Source of the DNA: Lingula anatina
Taxonomy: Eukaryota; Animalia; Brachiopoda
NCBI GenBank assembly: GCA_051362555.1
Contig: CM120647.1
Location: 10,497,878 to 10,516,150, forward strand
DNA: 18,273 bases
Direction: 5' to 3'
Below are positions 13,939 through 18,273 of the stretch, piece by piece. The notes under the pieces were generated by a model. That model was not told the DNA's origin, did no database searches, and was given only the letters and a program-made list of their open reading frames with translations. Numbering within the stretch: the stretch's first letter is position 1; each line of letters opens with the position of its first letter. The position numbers and the translations under genes were made by a program.

Positions 13939-15348
13939 CTAGAGGATCAGAGAGGCAATACCGCCTCCGGACATTGTATCGCCAGCGGGAGTAATTGCAT
14001 TCATATGGACCCCCCCCCCCCCCCAAAAAAAAAAAAAAAAAGGGACACACTGCCACCAGTCTTGTGCTTGACAAGCTCTATAAAATGCAATCAACAAGAA
14101 TTCTCAAAATATGCAAAAAAATATTGCTAAAAATGGTACAATCAAAGTTCGGTTCATGGTAAAAAGTAGGTCAAAGGTCAATTTTAAGATCACAGTAAAT
14201 TCCCAGTATATGACTTCCTATTCAAGTTCAATAGTAACTATGGACCAATCTCTGCCAGTTTTTGAGATAAAAGGGAAAAAAATTTGCAAAGTTCAATGCA
14301 TGATGAAAAGTAGGTCAAAGGTCAATTTCAAGGTCACACTTAGATTGCCAGTATATGACATCCTATTCAAGTTCAATAGTAACTATGGTCCTATCTCTGC
14401 CAGTTTTGGAGATAAAAGGGAACAAAAATTTGCAAAGTTCAGTTCATGGTGTAAAGTAGGTCAAAGGTCAATTTTAAGGTCACAGTAAATTGCTTCTGAT
14501 GACTTTCTATTCAAATTCAATAGTAACTATGGAAGTATCTTTACCAGTTTTGAAAGAATAAGCATTGAAAAAGCTGCAAAGTTCAGTTTATGGTGTAAAG
14601 TAGGTCAAAGGTCAATTTTAAGGTCACACTTAGATTGCCAGTTTATGACTTCCTATTCAACTTCAATAGTAACTATGGACATATCTCTGCCAGGTTTGGA
14701 GTTAAAAGGGAAAGAAAATAGCGGAGTCCAGTTAATGATAAAAAGTAGGCCAAAGGTCAATTTCAAGGTCGCACTTAGATTGCCAGTATATGACTTCCTA
14801 TTCAAGTTCAATAGTAACTATGGACCTATCTCTGCTAGTTTTAGAGATAAAAGGGAACGAAAATTTGCAAAGTTCAGTTCATGGTGAAAAGTAGGTCAAA
14901 GGTCAATCTTAAGGTCACAGTAAATTGCCTCTAATGACTTTCTATTCAAATTCAATAGCAACTATGGGCGTATCTTTGCCAGTATTGGAGATAAAAGTGA
15001 ACGAAAATTTGCAAAGTTCAGTTCATGATGAAAAGTAGGTAAAAGGTCAAATTCAAGGTCACACTTAGATCGCCAGTATATGACTTCCTATACAACTTCA
15101 ATAGTAACTATGGACCTATCTCTGCCAGTTTTGGAGATAAAAGGGAACAAAAACTTGCAAAGTTCAGTTCTTGGTGAAAAGTAGATCAAAGGTCAATTTG
15201 AAGGTCACAGTTAAATTGCCAGTATGTGACTTCCTATTCAACTTTAATAGTAACTATGGACCTATCTCTGCCAGTTTTGGAGATATAAGGGACTAAATGT
15301 TATAATTTTGGAGTTACAATAATGTGCCATAAATTTCCTACAGAAAAA
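13939..15348 (-). mobile_element. HINE family A copy 2, lacking its 5' part
   Basis: Begins ctagaggatcagagaggc like 10048; colinear with A1 up to aaatttcctacagaaaaa (~15348 vs ~11007); no counterpart of A1 11008-11926. Confidence 0.9.
14145..15292. repeat. 144-146-bp tandem repeat array, about 8 units, inside HINE A2
   Basis: Anchors at 14166, 14310, 14456, 14600, 14745, 14891, 15035, 15181. Confidence 0.95.
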
Positions 15349-15607
15349 AATATGTAACTATGTTCTTGCCTACAGTTGAGTAAAACAGTTGCATCCTATC
15401 ATTAATACGACAAAGGTTATGATAATTTTTTTCAGGAGGAAAAAATTTAAAAACAGTCCTGATCTTGGGCTTATCATGTACTAGTACTGTATTTATGGAG
15501 GTCTTAATGACTATAAAAATATTCAAGAGCAACCTTAGAATCATGTGAACAATCAGTCATGGGCAAAAATAGTGCTAACAAAGAACTGTACATTTTTACA
15601 TATATGT

Positions 15608-16216
15608 AAATTTCAGGAAAATATACAACAGTATTATATTAAACAAAATTGCCATAAAGGCTTGATGTTTCAAAATAACCAACCCACATATTGCCAACAA
15701 TTAAGTATCTACCTATCTAAAAGTATTACCTTGGTATGTACTTGGCTGCTAGTAGCTTTCTAGAGTAAGTGCACATAACTTACTTACTTACTTAGATGAT
15801 CCTGAGACTTAAAGGACAAGTATCTAAAACAATACTTACATTTTATTGCCACACTATTTATCCTGACAAGGTGACTGAGTGGCTACGGTAACTGTGAACT
15901 GTGAGCTGGAAAAAACATAATATTATATAAACACAAATGACTATTATTCCATCTAGCAGTGATGCTCCTTATATAACAAACATACTCCTTTACTTTTCAT
16001 CAGCTCCACATGTTGCAAAAAAACTATGGTTACTCAAAAAATATACAGTATATAATAATAATAATAACAATAATAATAATAATATCTTATAGTCTAAAAT
16101 CCATATAAAATGTTTAGTAGCTTTAACAGGGGTAAAATGAGGAGAATTTGATCAGATAGAGTCAATAAATGGACAGTTAGAAAATAAAGATATTAAAATA
16201 TATAGTACAATGTAAA
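15608..16216. repeat. Local segmental duplication, copy 2 (insertion-free)
   Basis: Matches 12413-12890 joined to 13790-13938. Confidence 0.93.
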
Positions 16217-16267
16217 TGTACGTGGCCTATAGTAGCTATATGCAGATAAAATGCATATTACTGGTAT

Positions 16268-16505
16268 TTAGATGATCCTGAGACTTGTGTGACAAGTATC
16301 TTAAACAATACTTACATTCTACTGCCACACTAATTATTCTGCTTCAACTGAATGACTACTTCAACTGTGAACTGTGAGCTGGAAGAAATATAATATTATA
16401 TAAACTCAACTGACTATTATTTAATCTAGCACTGATGCTCTTTACATCACAAACATATTCCTTTACTTTTTATCAGCCACATTGTTGAGATGAAACTATG
16501 GTTAC
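16268..16505. repeat. Third, more diverged copy of a ~240-bp sub-segment
   Basis: ttagatgatcctgagactt...aaactatggttact also occurs at 12593-12828 and 15792-16034. Confidence 0.88.
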
Positions 16506-16978
16506 TACAAGTATATTAAAATATCACCAGTAATGTCAGCAATTACTGGTACTGTAATACAGAATGAACCTTGACCCCCTTTTGGAGGAAAGTACACATG
16601 CTGTTCAACACCATAAAACCAATGCATTATCCTGTGAATCCATGAAATGCACTCTCTCCAATAAAGAAATGTTGCATCAGTTCAGACAAGCAAGACACCA
16701 TTACCATTTAGTGAAATTTTTTACATAGCCAAGTTTAACTTTCTTTTGTCATGAGTAGTGATGATGCACTTCTCCAAAAGTTACTGCACAGTGTCAAATA
16801 CTGTAGAGCTAATATGATACAGTTTTGACATGAACACCTTCAGTGTCTGGTGTTATGTATGATCTTTTCAACTGTTGATTAGGATTTTTTTGTTTTATTT
16901 TTGCTCCTTAATTGTTTCCAACAGCAGTGTAAATAACTCCCCTTAAATACTAACATTAAACTGAAATTTACAACTTAC

Positions 16979-17288
16979 CAAGCTTCTTCTGTAAACCTGT
17001 GGCCTCCTTGGCAATGTGTCTGCTTGCACATTTCTAGGTCACTGCATCTCATTAGTCAAATGAACTGGGAATTGTGGGAAACCTCTTGATGAAAGCTTAT
17101 AAGGGAGTTCTGGCTTTTCTGTTAACCTCTCCACCCAGAGTGTAATAAAAATGCAACATCTGCTGCACAAACCACCCAAAATGCTGCTTAGTCCTTTCTT
17201 GAGTGTGCCAAAGAAACTAAGAATGTGCCAATTCACTTCAATTCTATTTATTTCTGTACTGGTACATAGATTGTCATACAGTGTATAA
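16979..17288 (-). other. Candidate 310-nt exon, probably non-coding or uORF-containing
   Basis: Minus-strand acceptor ttttctag (AG at 17290-17289) and donor TTG|GTAAGT (16978-16973) bracket a stretch with higher GC than its flanks. Inference only. Confidence 0.35.
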
Positions 17289-17326
17289 CTAGAAAATTAA
17301 ATAGCAATTTTTTAAAGTTTTACATT

Positions 17327-18273
17327 CATAAGTAATGTGGTTTGCCCATAATGGTCATCATGATGGTAGTGACCAAAATATTTTCTTCAATTTTGATGCA
17401 ATATCACATGATGCTTAACAGTATAATGACCATCAATTTTTAATAACAAAATAGTAACATGGATGTTCAGAAAATGTGCCTAGCAAAGATCTTCAAGCCA
17501 GTGAAAGTTCAAAGTCACACCTTCAAAAAGCCAAAAATACAAATAAGTTGAAAATAATAAGAAGTAACACAGTTTTCTTGTCATAGTGTTTGAAGTAGCA
17601 GTGCAAAAAGTTTTTGTCAATTTTGATGTAACATTACATAATAAATTACAGAATAAATGTCACCAATTTTGATTGACTATAAATAGCATGGACATGTAGA
17701 AAATTTGATTACCATTCGGCTTCATGTCCATGGGAGCTCGGAGTCCCACAATGAATATGCCAACACCATAAAAATGAATATTTCACTAAAATGTATAACT
17801 TCCAGAAAAAGAAGCCAATTAGACTGCTTTTCCAACTCAGGCTGCATTTTAGTCCTGTGTTTCTTTTTTGAACGTTTGACAATCATAAGTAACATGGTTT
17901 TCCCATTATGGTCATCATAGCAGCAGCACCTAAAATTGCATTTTTCTTCTATTTTGATGCAATATTACATAATGCTTAACAGCATAATGACCATCAATTT
18001 TTAATAATAAAATATATGTATCATGGATTTTCAGAAAATGTGACTAGCATGGGTCTTCAAGCCCGTGGAGGTTCGATGTCTCACCTTGAAAATGCCAATA
18101 TGTGAAAAATTAAATTTTCACAAAAAACTGTTTAACTGCAAGAAAAATTTACCAAACAGACTGCATTGTCTACTGAAACTGTATTTAAGTCCCATGTTTC
18201 TTTCCTGTCAGTTTGAGAACAGTAAGTGACATGGTTTTCCTTAAATGGCCATCATGGGAGCAGTGCCCAAAAT
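17327..18273. repeat. Old, diverged ~210-bp direct repeat family (starts ~17327, ~17562, ~17884, ~18223)
   Basis: 17327-17536 aligns by eye with 17884-18098 (e.g. attttgatgcaatat..atgcttaacag.ataatgaccatcaatttttaataa); weaker copy at 17562-17710; partial copy at the window end. Confidence 0.8.

Noticed and set aside
10245-15292. 146-bp arrays as CRISPR, or as coding repeats (ORFs 14111..14488, 14645..14887)
   Set aside because: No spacers; the unit length is mostly not a multiple of 3 and frames break, so this is non-coding satellite inside HINEs.
12593-16505. snoRNA-host-gene interpretation of the triplicated non-coding mini-exons
   Set aside because: I could not find properly spaced C/D or H/ACA boxes on the minus strand; an Infernal/Rfam or snoscan search would be needed to revive this idea.
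17039-17236. 65-aa minus-strand ORF as a protein-coding gene
   Set aside because: Non-ATG start, no recognisable domain, and a stop before the candidate donor; kept only as a low-confidence exon candidate.

Overview
AT-rich eukaryotic, probably animal, DNA dominated by rolling-circle transposon sequence. A mollusc or other lophotrochozoan host is inferred only from the style of the repeats. The left half holds one uninterrupted 2758-aa minus-strand ORF (1429..9705) with Helentron/Helitron2 architecture: low-complexity and 34-aa repeats, Cys/His zinc-finger plus DUF6570-like region, basic insert, OTU-like cysteine protease, HUH-Y2 Rep, Pif1-family SF1B helicase and AP-like (EEP) endonuclease. 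All catalytic motifs I can check are intact, but the element's own termini are not identifiable in the window. Upstream lie three non-autonomous DINE-1/HINE-type elements, all in the same orientation as the ORF: a complete 1.9-kb copy with ~146-bp tandem repeats (10048..11926), a 5'-truncated relative (13939..15348) and a different 0.9-kb family with a doubled 5' end (12892..13789). A local duplication (12413..13938 vs 15608..16216) preserves the empty site of the 0.9-kb element and the uninterrupted sequence at the truncated element's junction. Less expected signals: four abutting perfect hairpins with compensatory substitutions inside the transposase CDS, a possible multi-exon non-coding leader for the transposase, and nuclear-receptor-type motif clusters in each satellite unit.
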